From Azolla caroliniana (Eukaryota; Plantae; Polypodiophyta), in the NCBI GenBank assembly GCA_043228905.1, contig JBHGNT010000003.1, positions 22,444,001-22,508,000 of the forward strand: 64,000 nucleotides of DNA. Reading direction: 5' to 3'. The stretch's first letter is position 1. Every line of letters starts with the position of its first letter. The notes under the pieces are model-generated. The model made no database searches. It had not been told where the DNA came from and was given only the letters and a program-made list of their open reading frames with translations. Below, piece by piece: positions 13,129 to 25,790 of this stretch. The position numbers were made by a program, and so were the translations under genes.

Positions 13129-13457
13129 TTACGGAACCGTAGGATGAAGACCCCGGCTACGGAGCCGGATGATGAAGACCCCGGTTACGGAACCGGATGA
13201 TGAAGACCCCGGCTACGGAGCCGGATGATGAAGACCCCGGTTACGGAGCCGGATGATGAAGACCCCGGTTACGGAACCGGATGATGAAGACCCCGGTTAC
13301 GGAACCGGATGATGAAGACCCCGGTTACGGAACCGGATGATGAAGACCCCGGCTACGGAGCCGGATGATGAAGACCCCGGTTACGGAACCGGATGATGAA
13401 GACCCCGGCTACGGAGCCGGATGATGAAGACCCCGGTTACGGAACCGGATGATGAAT
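13129..13457. repeat. 28-bp tandem array in U3 of the copia 5' LTR (~11.7 units)
   Basis: Unit (T/C)TACGGA(A/G)CCGGATGATGAAGACCCCGG. Confidence 0.95.
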
Positions 13458-13935
13458 GTACCCGGAGAGAGATCCGGATGCGGAGACATATTTGTGAATA
13501 TGTTTGCCAAGAGCCCTTGAGGCTATATTTGTAAATAGCCCGAAAGTCATATGTGTATAAATATGACTTAGGGCAAACAGTTTTATGTTGTTGCTCATTT
13601 TTCATGAGAAGTGAGAGCAGCCGAGAGAGAGAGTGAGAGACGAAGAGGTCGTTGCCTCTGTGTATTACCGCCGCCTGTGGCGAAGACAGTGAGCTCAAGG
13701 TTGTTGCCTTGTAGCTTCACCAGTGTACATCCCTGTTCATAGTGATAGTTGGAGTTTGAGGACTCCCGTGGTTTTTCCCATTTAGGGTTTTCCACGTAAA
13801 ACATCCAGTGTACCTTTCTCTCTATTGTTTTGTGCATTTTCTATTTCCTGTTTTCTGTGAGTTGATCCCATTCCTCGGTTGTGGCCGAGCACTGTTTTTC
13901 AACAAACTGGTATCAGAGCGACGGTAACACAGAAA

Positions 13936-16900
13936 ATGGAAGGCGGCGGTAGTGGGCCTCCGGGCATGATGGTGCTGAACGCGCAGAACTACGCCGACTG
14001 GAAGATAAAGATGGAGGATCTGCTCATTGTTCGGGACCTGTATGAACCGATCGACAGGTCGGAAATACCCAAGGGGGTACTTGAGACGGAGTGGAGGCTT
14101 CTGAACCGGAAAGCCGTTGCAACCATTCGGCAATACGTCGACGTGAGCGTTCTACAACACGTGGCGAACGACACCAACGCATATGAGATGTGGAGGAAGC
14201 TGTCGGGCCTCTACGAGAGGAAGAATGCGTTGAACCGGACCTCCCTGATGAGAAAGATAGTGAACCTCAAGTACCGGGACGGCGAAAGTATGGTGGAACA
14301 CGTAAGCACGTTCATGGGATTCGTGAACCAGCTTGCGGCGATCAAGTTCCCGTTGGAGGATGCAATGCAAGCCATCATCCTGATGTGTACATTGCCGGAA
14401 AGCTGGGAGAACTTGGTGGTGACTCTCAGCACCTCCTGCACGGAAGATAACTTGTCCCTACAAACGGTAAAGACAAGTATTTTGAACGAAGAAGCGCGTC
14501 GGAGAGATAAAGAACCGGTCTCCGACTCGAAGGCGCTGCTTACCGAATCGGATCGGGGAAGACAATGGCACCGGAGTCCGCAAAGACGAGAGAAGTCGGG
14601 GACCCGGTCGCAGTCAAGAGGAAGGCCCACATGCTTCCACTGTGGGAAGCCGGGGCACTTCCGGAAGAATTGTCGGCATTACCGAAAGGACAACGGAGCC
14701 GACGACACCGATTCGAAGAAGTCACCGGAGAGAAACGGTGCATACCGGGGAGCCACGGACCGGAGAGGTTCGGATCGGCGAGGGCAGGACCGGAAAGGAA
14801 CAACGGCACTCGCGGCAAGTGAGGAAGAAATCATGCTCATCACCGAAGAAGGTGAACTAAACGTAGCCGGCGATGAGACGACCTGGGTGGTCGATTCCGG
14901 AGCATCGTTCCACCTGACCCCGGAGAGAAGATACTTCTCATCCTACACAGCCGGTGAGCATGGCTGTGTTCGGATGGGGAATGAAGGTACGTGCCGGATT
15001 GCCGGCATAGGAGACGTGTGGTTGACAACCCCGACCGGATGCAAAATGCTGTTGAAGGATGTTCGACACGTTCCGGAGGTTCGATTGAACCTGATTTCGG
15101 CCGGGAGGCTAGACGATGAAGGCTACACGGGTAGCATCCGGAACGGTGTCATGAAGTTCAGCAAAGGGAGCCTGATAGTGGCTCGGGCCCGGAAGGTCAA
15201 CACCCTGTACCTGATGAATTCCCGGCTCTGTCCGGAGGAGCTGAACGTGGCAGCCGACACTGCCGGTGAGCTGTGGCACAAGAGACTGTGCCACATGAGT
15301 GAGAAGGGGATGAAGAGGCTTGCAGAAGACAACCTTATTCCAGTGAAGCATGTGCACCTGGAGAAGTGCACCGACTGCCTGGCCGGTAAGCAAAACCGGA
15401 CCTCCTTCCACTCAAGGCCACCGACGAGACGTAGCGCACCATTGGAGCTGGTGCACACTGATGTGTGTCAGGTAGAAACGAAGTCACATGGCGGAGCCCA
15501 GTACTTCGTGACATTCATTGATGACCACAGCCGGAAGCTGTGGACGGTACCGTTGAAGACAAAGGACCAAGTGTTGTCCGTCTTCAAAGAACTCCACGCG
15601 AGAGTGGAAAGGGAATCCGGCAAGAAGCTGAAAGCGATACGAGCGGATAACGGAGGGGAATACCGGGGGCAGTTCCAGGAGTACTGTCGCTCGAAGGGAA
15701 TCCGGCTCGAGTTTACTGTGCCGAAGACGCCGGAACTGAACGGGCTGGCCGAGAGGATGAACCGGACCATAATGGAGAGGGTCCGGAGTATGCTGGCGCA
15801 TGCGAAATTACCCAAGGGGTTTTGGGCTGAGGCGATGTCGACGGCGACATACGTGATAAACAGATCACCCTCAGTACCTTTGGACGGAGACACGCCGCAG
15901 AAAGTGTGGACCGGTAAGGAAGTGTCCTACCGGCATCTGAAGGTGTTCGGGTGTCTCGCATACGTGCATGTGGCAAAGGACCGGAGAGGAAAGCTAGATC
16001 CAAAGACCCGGCCATGCATATTCCTCGGTTACGGCGACGACGAGTTCGGCTACCGAGTATGGGACCCGGTGGACAAGAAGATATTCAGGAGTCGAGACAT
16101 CATCTTCATGGAGGACAAGACACTCGCCGACTGGGAGTCGGAGAAGAAGATGAAGAGCTCCAAGTCAACCGGTGAGTATAAACTCTACGAGGAGCAGTCC
16201 CGACCGGCAAGGGACCGGTTAGCACTCGAGGATCCGGCCGAAGACGGTGAAGAAACAGAACCGGCCGAAGAAGATGAAAATGATACCGGAACCGGCCCCG
16301 ATCCCGAAATGGATTCCGATGAAGAAGAAGAATCGGAAGAACCGGTTACCGAAGCTCCCGAACGGAGATATCCTCTAAGAGAGAGAAGGGCCCCCCGGAG
16401 ATTTCCGGAACCAGAGCACGTGCTGCTAACAGACGAGGGGGAGCCGGAAAGTTTTGAAGAAGCAAAACATGACACCCAGAGCCGCAGGTGGTTGAGTGCC
16501 ATGCAGGACGAGATGGATTCCCTGCATGAGAATCACACATATGAACTTGTGGAGTTGCCGAAAGGAAAGCGGGCACTTCGAAACAAGTGGGTGTTCAAGC
16601 TGAAACCGGGAGATGCCGGAAACCCCCCGAGATACAAAGCCAGGATCGTGGTGAAGGGGTTTCAGCAAAAGAAGGGCGTCGACTTCGACGAGATATTTGC
16701 CCCGGTAGTAAAGATGACCTCCATCCGGACGGTGCTGAGCATAGCGGCAAGCATGGACCTCGAGGTAGAACAGATGGACGTGAAGACGGCATTCCTTCAC
16801 GGCGACCTCGATGAAGAGATCTACATGCAGCAACCGGAAGGATTCGAGAAGAAAGGGAAGGAGCACCTGGTATGCCGGTTGAAGAAGAGCCTTTACGGAC

Positions 16901-18012
16901 TGAAGCAGGCTCCCCGGCAATGGTACCGGAAGTTCGACTCCTTCATGACCGACGAAGGGTACCACAAAACGCAGTCTGACCACTGCGTGTTTGTGAAGAA
17001 GTTCGAAGGAGGAGACTCTCTAATACTCCTCTTGTACGTGGACGACATGTTGATCGTCGGACGGGACCAGGTCAAGATACGGATGCTGAAGAAGGCTCTT
17101 CACCGAACCTTCTCAATGAAGGACTTGGGTCCGGCGAGACAAATACTAGGGATGCACATCATCCGGAACCGGAGCAAGAAGCAGTTGTGGCTGTCACAGG
17201 AGAAGTACGTGACAAAGGTGCTTCAACGGTTCAACATGTCGGAAGCAAGACCGGTCGGGTCAACCCTCCCGGCAAACTGCAAGTTGTCCAGCAAGCAAAG
17301 CCCCAAGACAAAGGCTGAGAAGGAGGACATGATGAAAGTACCATATGCCTCTGCCGTCGGAAGCTTGATGTACGCAATGGTGTGTACAAGACCGGACATA
17401 GGATATGCAGTCGGAGTGGTGAGCCGGTACATGAGCAATCCCGGCAAAGAGCACTGGAACGCGGTCAAGTGGATACTCCGATACCTGAAGGGCACGGCAA
17501 ACGTGTGCCTCCGATTCGGCTCCGGTAAGCCTGAACTCGACGGCTTCACCGATTCGGATATGTCGGCTGATGCAGATACCAGCCGGTCCACATCAGGGTA
17601 TGTGATGACCTATGCAGGGGGAGCCGTTTCGTGGCAGTCGAGGCTGCAGAAGACGGTTGCGTTGTCAACCACGGAGGCGGAGTACATGGCAGCTGTTGAA
17701 GCCGGCAAGGAAATAATATGGATGAAGGACTTCATTAGAGAGCTCGGTATCCAGCAGGAGGAGTACCGACTCTACTGCGACAGTCAGAGTGCCATCCACC
17801 TTGCGAAGAACGCGGCTTATCACTCCCGGACGAAACACATCCAGCGAAGATATCACTGGATCCGGGAAAGGATAGAAGACAAGGAGTTCGTGCTGACGAA
17901 GATCCACACGGACGAGAACGGGTCGGATATGCTGACCAAGGTGCTCACACCCGACAAGCTGGAAGCATGCCGGAAGAGGATCGGGTTGGAGAGACATCCC
18001 ATGCCGAAGTGA
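13936..18012 (+). CDS. Copia Gag-Pol polyprotein (Gag, zinc knuckle, protease, integrase, RT, RNase H), 1358 aa
   Basis: First ATG after the PBS is at 13936. Motifs: CFHCGKPGHFRKNC, protease VVDSGAS, LWHKRLCH, integrase HTD..RADNGGEY..AERMNRT, RT QMDVKTAFLHG/SLYGLKQ/LYVDD, RNase H TDSD..AEY..CDSQ..SDMLTK. Domain order IN-RT is copia-type. Confidence 0.97.
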   Translation: MEGGGSGPPGMMVLNAQNYADWKIKMEDLLIVRDLYEPIDRSEIPKGVLETEWRLLNRKAVATIRQYVDVSVLQHVANDTNAYEMWRKLSGLYERKNALNRTSLMRKIVNLKYRDGESMVEHVSTFMGFVNQLAAIKFPLEDAMQAIILMCTLPESWENLVVTLSTSCTEDNLSLQTVKTSILNEEARRRDKEPVSDSKALLTESDRGRQWHRSPQRREKSGTRSQSRGRPTCFHCGKPGHFRKNCRHYRKDNGADDTDSKKSPERNGAYRGATDRRGSDRRGQDRKGTTALAASEEEIMLITEEGELNVAGDETTWVVDSGASFHLTPERRYFSSYTAGEHGCVRMGNEGTCRIAGIGDVWLTTPTGCKMLLKDVRHVPEVRLNLISAGRLDDEGYTGSIRNGVMKFSKGSLIVARARKVNTLYLMNSRLCPEELNVAADTAGELWHKRLCHMSEKGMKRLAEDNLIPVKHVHLEKCTDCLAGKQNRTSFHSRPPTRRSAPLELVHTDVCQVETKSHGGAQYFVTFIDDHSRKLWTVPLKTKDQVLSVFKELHARVERESGKKLKAIRADNGGEYRGQFQEYCRSKGIRLEFTVPKTPELNGLAERMNRTIMERVRSMLAHAKLPKGFWAEAMSTATYVINRSPSVPLDGDTPQKVWTGKEVSYRHLKVFGCLAYVHVAKDRRGKLDPKTRPCIFLGYGDDEFGYRVWDPVDKKIFRSRDIIFMEDKTLADWESEKKMKSSKSTGEYKLYEEQSRPARDRLALEDPAEDGEETEPAEEDENDTGTGPDPEMDSDEEEESEEPVTEAPERRYPLRERRAPRRFPEPEHVLLTDEGEPESFEEAKHDTQSRRWLSAMQDEMDSLHENHTYELVELPKGKRALRNKWVFKLKPGDAGNPPRYKARIVVKGFQQKKGVDFDEIFAPVVKMTSIRTVLSIAASMDLEVEQMDVKTAFLHGDLDEEIYMQQPEGFEKKGKEHLVCRLKKSLYGLKQAPRQWYRKFDSFMTDEGYHKTQSDHCVFVKKFEGGDSLILLLYVDDMLIVGRDQVKIRMLKKALHRTFSMKDLGPARQILGMHIIRNRSKKQLWLSQEKYVTKVLQRFNMSEARPVGSTLPANCKLSSKQSPKTKAEKEDMMKVPYASAVGSLMYAMVCTRPDIGYAVGVVSRYMSNPGKEHWNAVKWILRYLKGTANVCLRFGSGKPELDGFTDSDMSADADTSRSTSGYVMTYAGGAVSWQSRLQKTVALSTTEAEYMAAVEAGKEIIWMKDFIRELGIQQEEYRLYCDSQSAIHLAKNAAYHSRTKHIQRRYHWIRERIEDKEFVLTKIHTDENGSDMLTKVLTPDKLEACRKRIGLERHPMPK

Positions 18013-18086
18013 AGGGGGAGTTTGTTGGGATTTCGGTCCCTCCGGATGGGATGTCCGGAGATGAATGACGGCAAGCCCGGAGGCTG

Positions 18087-18359
18087 TTACGGAACCGTAG
18101 GATGAAGACCCCGGCTACGGAGCCGGATGATGAAGACCCCGGTTACGGAACCGAATGATGAAGACCCCGGCTACGGAGCCGGATGATGAAGACCCCGGTT
18201 ACGGAGCCGGATGATGAAGACCCCGGTTACGGAACCGGATGATGAAGACCCCGGTTACGGAACCGGATGATGAAGACCCCGGTTACGGAACCGGATGATG
18301 AAGACCCCGGCTACGGAGCCGGATGATGAAGACCCCGGTTACGGAACCGGATGATGAAT
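18087..18359. repeat. 28-bp tandem array in U3 of the copia 3' LTR (~9.7 units)
   Basis: Same unit as in the 5' LTR, two units shorter. Confidence 0.95.
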
Positions 18360-20412
18360 GTACCCGGAGAGAGATCCGGATGCGGAGACATATTTGTGAA
18401 TATGTTTGCCAAGAGCCCTTGAGGCTATATTTGTAAATAGCCCGAAAGTCATATGTGTATAAATATGACTTAGGGCAAACAGTTTTATGTTGTTGCTCAT
18501 TTTTCATGAGAAGTGAGAGCAGCCGAGAGAGAGAGTGAGAGACGAAGAGGTCGTTGCCTCTGTGTATTACCGCCGCCTGTGGCGAAGACAGTGAGCTCAA
18601 GGTTGTTGCCTTGTAGCTTCACCAGTGTACATCCCTGTTCATAGTGATAGTTGGAGTTTGAGGACTCCCGTGGTTTTTCCCATTTAGGGTTTTCCACGTA
18701 AAACATCCAGTGTACCTTTCTCTCTATTGTTTTGTGCATTTTCTATTTCCTGTTTTCTGTGAGTTGATCCCATTCCTCGGTTGTGGCCGAGCACTGTTTT
18801 TCAACATAAACTGCGTACAATGGTGAGGCACTTGAAATCGTAAGAAAACTTCAAAAAAATTTGTTCACCTTTTAAGAATTACCTTTTACAACTCTTTGAT
18901 AACACCAATGCTTCTCAATGGGGTTTACACATGGGGCGACGACATCTCTAAATTTACTTGGAAGGAGTTTGAAAATGTCCAAAGGGTTGACATGTGGATC
19001 AACAATTCCATATCTAAGTCTAATAGAAACAAGCCTGAAAATGTCTAAAAGCACGTTTTGATGAAATGATTCCAAGTCAAAACTACAAAAGCAATACATG
19101 CTCATACTTTTCAACACTATATCATTTACAATTGAGATTATGAACATGGGAAGGATTGTTGAGTACATGCATAAGGTTTTAAAAAACCCTTGTATTCACT
19201 TCCTAGAATTGCATGGAAAATAAATAAAAATATACAAAACAACCATAACAGAAAAAAATTAGGTTTTGGATCGATGCAAGATATAAATAATTGATCATGG
19301 TGCATTAATAGAATTTTTAACTTGATCCTCGCAAGGGGATCTTTTAACTAAAATACAAAGAGCAAATTGTTCGAAGTCCTAACATTTAGTGATTACTTCA
19401 TATTTTCTTCTTGACTTAAATCTCTCACTATTTTTCTCCACTCTTTCACAAACCCTTCCATTATAAAACCCAATCCAGCTATTAAGGAATAAATAGAAAA
19501 CAATTGGTAGTTATCTGCTTTCAAGGTTACTAATAACGATACTAAAATCTAAAAGCTTCATCAAATATTATAGAAATATACTATTTGATTGTTAAGATGA
19601 TATCAAACATCTAGTACTTTGCTTGTCTACCTTTTCACAAGGGTAGTAATATGGATATTTCTATAAATACAAAGTGTATAGAGCTTGTCAAAAGAACAAA
19701 TTGTATATGTTAGTATAATAAGATCGATCGGAAGTATATTGATGATAAGTAGTCATTTTTTAGTTATAGAAACATTTTGATTATGACATGTCTTGGTGTT
19801 TGCTTCTAAATATCTTAATATCCAAAAGATTGATGAATCGTCTTTGGGATTCTCACCAATAAGTGATCCATATTCGTGGCATGCCAATTCATATTGCATA
19901 ATGAATGTTACTTTATGACGCACATGGCAAAGATTGCAACATGGTTGCACAATGTTCCGATCTTGTGAACATATTTTGGGTTAATGCTTGGTATTTTTCA
20001 CTCTCCATTGTACTTTAAGCATGATCTATAATAGGTGGATTTGATGAAATGATGCAAAATAGAATTGTACATAGTTAGATTGGGATCCATTCCATATATG
20101 TGTTTGATAATTCCACTGTATTCTGCTCATATAATGACATTGGATGGTATAAATAGTATCGAATGGCATATTTTACACATACATTCTTTCTCTATATCTA
20201 GAAAGTTAACATCATGAGGTGTGAAAGCATGGAAAGATAAACCATGTGCGTGTGGTTGGGCTCAATGAAATTCTATAATGAGCGTCAACACTCCTTGTTA
20301 AAATTTGCACGTCTCTTCATATAAGGGCCTGAAAAAGAAAAGAACTTTACTAAATCTAATGGATCTTATGTGGTGTTCTTTGACATGTGCTTACCCTTTA
20401 CATTCGGCATGT

Positions 20413-20997
20413 GTGGATCAGTGGCTTTAGAAGGAATCAACTTTAGAAGAGATGAAAGGAGAGGTAGGCGCCCGTCCAAGTTTGAGCACAACAAAAGAGA
20501 GAGAGAGAAAGAGAGAACTCCTTGGAGAGAAACATTGGAATAAGAGGTGGGAAATCATGGCAATTTCGACTCATGACAAAGGAAAGCATGTCGAAAAACG
20601 TGAAAAATAAGGAGATGAACAAAAAGACACGAGATTCTCTAATTGACACAATTTTCTTACTCAAGCATATAAATATAATTTTTGTGATTAATCACACACA
20701 TTTGGTGGATCAGTGGCTTTAGAAGGAATCAACTTTAGAAGAGATGAAAGGAGAGGTAGGCGCCCGTCCAAGTTTGAGCACAACAAAAGAGAGAGAGAGA
20801 AAGAGAGAACTCCTTGGAGAGAAACATTGGAATAAGAGGTGGGAAATCATGGCAATTTCGACTCATGACAAAGGAAAGCATGTCGAAAAACGTGAAAAAT
20901 AAGGAGATGAACAAAAAGACACGAGATTCTCTAATTGACACAATTTTCTTACTCAAGCATATAAATATAATTTTTGTGATTAATCACACACATTTGG
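20413..20997. repeat. Tandem duplication, 292 bp x2
   Basis: GTGGATCAGTGGCTTTAGAAGG...CACACATTTGG is repeated; identical spurious ORFs are offset by 292. Confidence 0.95.
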
Positions 20998-23900
20998 AAT
21001 ATTAAACTAAAGAAGACGTCCCGCAAGGACGCTCAAAAAATTTGCTTGACGGTAGACATCTTCGAATAAGTAATATATGGTGTAGGAATGGGGTGTAGAA
21101 ACATGAGGATTTGGACCTCACACAAAAATAAAATATATTGGAAAACATGAAAATTAAGGAGATGGACATGAAGAAATAGAATCCTATAACTGAATATACT
21201 AACTGAATATACTTTTAGAATTATCAAACATGTTTAGAATATTAGAACTAGAGAGAATGTTTTCCAACCAAGAAGCTCAATTTTTTAAAGGTAGAAGCAA
21301 TATCAAAGAGGTTGACAAGCTCACTTACCAAGATGCCGAACAAGTTTTGTCTTTCATTAGTTAAAAAAAACATTTAGGCTATATGGACACTCACCCACCT
21401 ACAATGTGTTGCAGTTTGAATGTCAATGGGTAACCTTGGTAGAGATATACTTAAAGAAAAAAATAGAGAATATTTACGATTAAGAAATGTTTAATGGTGG
21501 GTTGGTTAGCCAATCACGTGGGGCATGCAAGGGCCAAGATTCAACTCTTACTATTCAAAAATGTTTTGTTTTCCCCAATTTGGGGAAGAGGGTTCACACT
21601 ATTTACGAATGAAGCAAGGAAATGTCTTTTTTCTTCTCCTATTTTATGCTTGCCACATGCTCGAATGATGTAATGGATGTTTATATATTAAATTTGAAAT
21701 GCTAGCAATGAATCATCATAAGAATAATCATTCTATAAAACTGTGGAAGATTCATTGGAGGTGCCAAGGAAATGGTTGTCTATTTTTATCATATCCCCCA
21801 CACTTGAAGTCTTTTTATGATTCAAGAGTTGACTAGAAAATCTCAATGATGGGGAATCTTTGTGTACTATCATGTTGGCTAAATTTTGCACATAAATTGA
21901 TGTAAAGATGAAAGCGTATATATCCGTGGTGGTGCCCTGAGATACAAATGATATTTACTATTCCAATTTCACATCCAAACTCATATTTACACTCATATTC
22001 CTACCTAATCTCTGAATATCTACGTACTCATGAATTTGTTTAGGTTGAGGATTAATTAGTTGCTTTTGGATCCAAGTGTATGAGCATAATGTGTTCATCA
22101 ACTACATACATTCCATTTGATATTTATCATAATTTTATTTGAGTTTCTTATTCATGTTATGTAGCCATGACATCCATACAACTCACTCTGAAAAACATAG
22201 ATTCCTTTGAGATTTTTTGCTTGTTATTCGAGAGAAACCTCAAGAAGGAAACCTGTGTTCAAAATCTGGAGGATACTTAAGAAGCATGGTAGTTGAAACA
22301 AGGAGGTTAATGTTTGGAGTTTTGACTTACAATATATTTGTAGTTATTGTAGTTCCCAAGAAAGACTTTGTTAATAGTTTGACCTTCTCTAAAGAGAAAC
22401 CCAAAAAGAGGCACTTGGACTTTACAAATTACCATCACCAAATAAGAAAATAAAGCTCTCAGGAGAGTTTCATATTTTTAAAAGATGTAACCACACGTAT
22501 CTGCAGAGGATATCGCATCCATTGCGTACTTAAATGTGAATATGAAAGGTCGTTTTTCTTATTTAATTCTCAAGGTTGTTTCAACTTTCGTCCATCCATA
22601 GAGAAAAGGAAGAGACTTTAATGTTTCCTTGCTTGACTTCTAAATGTCACCATGACATGTCATCGAACAAAGAAATGCCGTTTAAAAAACGTAACCATAT
22701 CTAGATGATAAAGGGCATTGTATTTATTGTGTAGTTAATGTAAACTTGAGAGGTATGTTTAAGGGCATATCCCCAAAGGGAACTTCCAAGGGGGCAATGT
22801 AGTTATTATTCTTTACTGATGAATGGATTCTTTCATCTGGAATACATACATATACACCAATGATTTCAAATGATTCGCTTGTTGTGTTTTCCTCGGAGAT
22901 CCATTTTAAATTATTCAATTGCATGTGGAATGCCATTTATACAAAGAGAACCGAATGGAATATTGTACCTGCACCCAATTTCCCCGTTTCTTTTTTTAGG
23001 CATAATGCCAAGACAATTGTAGCAACATGCAATATCGTGGCCCGAAACTCCATCACACGGTGCAATTATGTTTCTTTGTTTCTTATTCGAGCATCCACGT
23101 GATTATTTAAATCACATTTACTGCTCTTCGCCCTTTTCTCTCCTCTCTTGTGCGCGCCGGTGCAAATGATGCATACTTTTGATTGATTTGTTCCCTCTTT
23201 CTCCTTCTCCTTCTCTCCCACATGATGGACCAGAACTTGTCTCGTTGGTTTGTCTCTTTCTCTCCATTGAATCGAGTCACCTTGTTTTCCATAAATAAAC
23301 AAGTCGACCCGTTTGTAGTTTATTACTTTGTCCCTTTTTCTCTAGCTATTCTTTCTCCTCTTTTATCTATCCTCTAACCACCCAACTTTTTCTAACATAT
23401 TATTAGGATTTCAACCTAAACTCAATGACGTTAATGTTCCTTATTCTAATCAATATGATATTGACTGGTGAAAACAATAGTGTGTCTTTAGATAGGATCA
23501 TTGGCCATTGAGTACAATGAAAAAAAGAACTTGTTAATGTGATACGAGTTGTATGACTTGCAAGAGACCACGTAAACTGAATAAAAACTCCATACTTCAT
23601 AATGTAAAACCCCCAAAAAGTCTATTGAATCTTATCACATTGTGTGGAAGTTTAAGCATGACGTGTCAAAATAAGGTCTTGCTAACGATGGTGCATGTGG
23701 ACCCTAACATGGAGTTATAAACGCATAACCATTTCTCTTATCTACATTAATTATTTAAAGGATGTTATTATGAGAGGTATAGAACAATTTATGAGTTTGT
23801 GATGGTGCATGTAGGTCCTAGTATGGAGTTATAAATGCGCAATGTTTTCTCTATCTACATGATTTGTATAAAGAATCTTATTATTATGAGAGGTATAGAA

Positions 23901-24766
23901 CAACTTATCTATGTTTGTGATGTAACATTTTCTTTCTTTTGAAATTCTCACCAAGAGCGTGTATTGTGTGGTTTAAAACAAACTTTCAAAGTTAGTTTCT
24001 GATCATCTGGGACTTGTGAAATTAGAGAGGAGATAGCAAAAGCCCTTTCATGTCGGTGTCCCATTGGCAACTATTATTCCTTTTGTTGTTGGGCCAAAGC
24101 CACTAGGCTACATCCTTATTTTTGCTTATGGAAAATAGAAATGTCTAATATTGTTTTGATTTTCTTTCGAATGTCAATGTTGCAAGCTCCACATATCTTG
24201 TGTATAGGAAAGGCCTTGAGAAGCATTCAATGGCCTCTGAAAGTCCTTTCTTACAATGAGATTGGGAGGGGATGTTGTATCTCCCATCTTTTTGCCTTAC
24301 TTTTTGGAAGAAATGGATCTTAAAATTTACCTTGAAAGTTCCATTTCCCCCCTTCATACTCATTTTAGAGAATCGCCCTCACGTAATGATTTCTATCATT
24401 TATTACTCTTGCATGTTAAACGGTGATGCAATCATTTCCATAAAAGGCCACACTACGAGTTTTACTCCTTTTGTGTATCATTTGGAAAATGACAATGTTT
24501 ATTGCTCAATGATGTAAAACAATGTTCATAGGAATAAAAAATATGGCGTGCATAATGCCAAACTACAAAATGGTCTCAACATCAAACCATTGCTTGAGAC
24601 AACCTTAAAGTTGCAAAGGCGCTAGTGTCACTGCTGCACTATCTTTTGTGTACTTCCTGATGTCTATAATTGCATCGAGGTAAATGTTCCGCAATAATTT
24701 CTGGGGATATGTAAGGTATCATATATGATCATTGTTTTCACACTATGCTTCAAAGGGTAAAGTCAT

Positions 24767-24820
<54 letters not shown>

Positions 24821-25062
24821 TGATAATTGACGAATCTAAGAAAATTCCTTCAAACTTTAGCTTGAGGACTGAATTCTCTATATTTCACAAAAACACAAGT
24901 ATACTTTTCGTATGTCACACAATTGTAAGTGTTGTTGCTAAACTTTCTTTCCTTCAATTCTTCTTTTTTCTTTTTCCAAAAGAAAAACTCCTTCCATTAG
25001 TTATAAAATTGTACAAATGAGATTACAATGTACAAATCCCTGTAGGGATGCGATAGTTCCAT

Positions 25063-25790
25063 CTTATGTGGATGCCCACTGACTCAATAAAGGGAGAGGA
25101 TGACCATTGTTAGATGAAGGCTATTCGTTGTCTTTCAACTCCAACGGAGCTGCCCATGAGACCATTATATTGGCTCTTTAGAGTGGCTACAATTTCACCT
25201 TCAATTCTTTATGATGGATACAAACATGATTCCCTCATTTAAGTTTCAATTTTCAATTTTGTAAAGTGTGTACATATATACATACACTCTTTCTTTGAGC
25301 TAAACTTATGTGGATGCCCACTGACTCAATAAAGGGAGAGGACGACCATTGTTAGATGAAGGCTATTCGTTGTCTTTCAACTCCAACGGAGCCGCCCATG
25401 AGGCCACTATATTGGCTCTTTAGAGTGGCTACAATTTCACCTTCAATTCTTTATGATGGATACAAACATGATTCCCTCATTTAAGTTTCAATTTTCAATT
25501 TTGTAAAGTGTGTACATATATACATACACTCTTTCTTTGAGCTAAACTTATGTGGATGCCCACTGACTCAATAAAGGGAGAGGACGACCATTGTTAGATA
25601 AAGGCTATTCGTTGTCTTTCAACTCCAACGGAGCCGCCCATGAGGCCACTATATTGGCTCTTTAGAGTGGCTACAATTTCACCTTCAATTCTTTATGATG
25701 GATACAAACATGATTCCCTCATTTAAGTTTCAATTTTCAATTTTGTAAAGTGTGTACATATATACATACACTCTTTCTTTGAGCTAAACT
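25063..25790. repeat. Tandem triplication, 242 bp x3
   Basis: CTTATGTGGATGCCCACTGACTC starts at 25063, 25305 and 25547. Confidence 0.95.

Larger units (their letters stand above)
13065..18806 (+). mobile_element. Intact young Ty1/copia LTR retrotransposon (Tto1/Tork-like)
   Basis: TG...CA LTRs at 13065-13904 (840 bp) and 18023-18806 (784 bp). TSD TAAAC at 13060-13064 and 18807-18811. iMet PBS TGGTATCAGAGC at 13908-13919, PPT GAAGGGGGAG at 18011-18020, and an uninterrupted gag-pol ORF. Confidence 0.98.
11590..19990 (+). repeat. Copy 1 of an old ~2.6-kb non-coding dispersed repeat, interrupted by the copia element
   Basis: 11590-13064 plus 18807-19990 align by eye, colinearly, with 48132-48210 plus 58053-60570. 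Shared blocks include GGATTGCAACATGGCATGCCT and GAAATGTATTGTTCTTAAATTCT. Confidence 0.75.

Noticed and set aside
13129-13457. 28-bp direct repeats as a CRISPR array
   Set aside because: Units are head-to-tail with no spacers, lie in both LTRs of a copia element, and no cas genes are present.
13879-13935. ORF-track start of the copia polyprotein
   Set aside because: Non-ATG codon inside the LTR/PBS; the first ATG is at 13936.
24772-24817. (CT)n, (GA)n and (GT)n microsatellites (also ~5038, ~27150, ~28590) and the ORFs spanning them
   Set aside because: Ordinary simple repeats; the SLSLSL/ERERER ORFs are artefacts.
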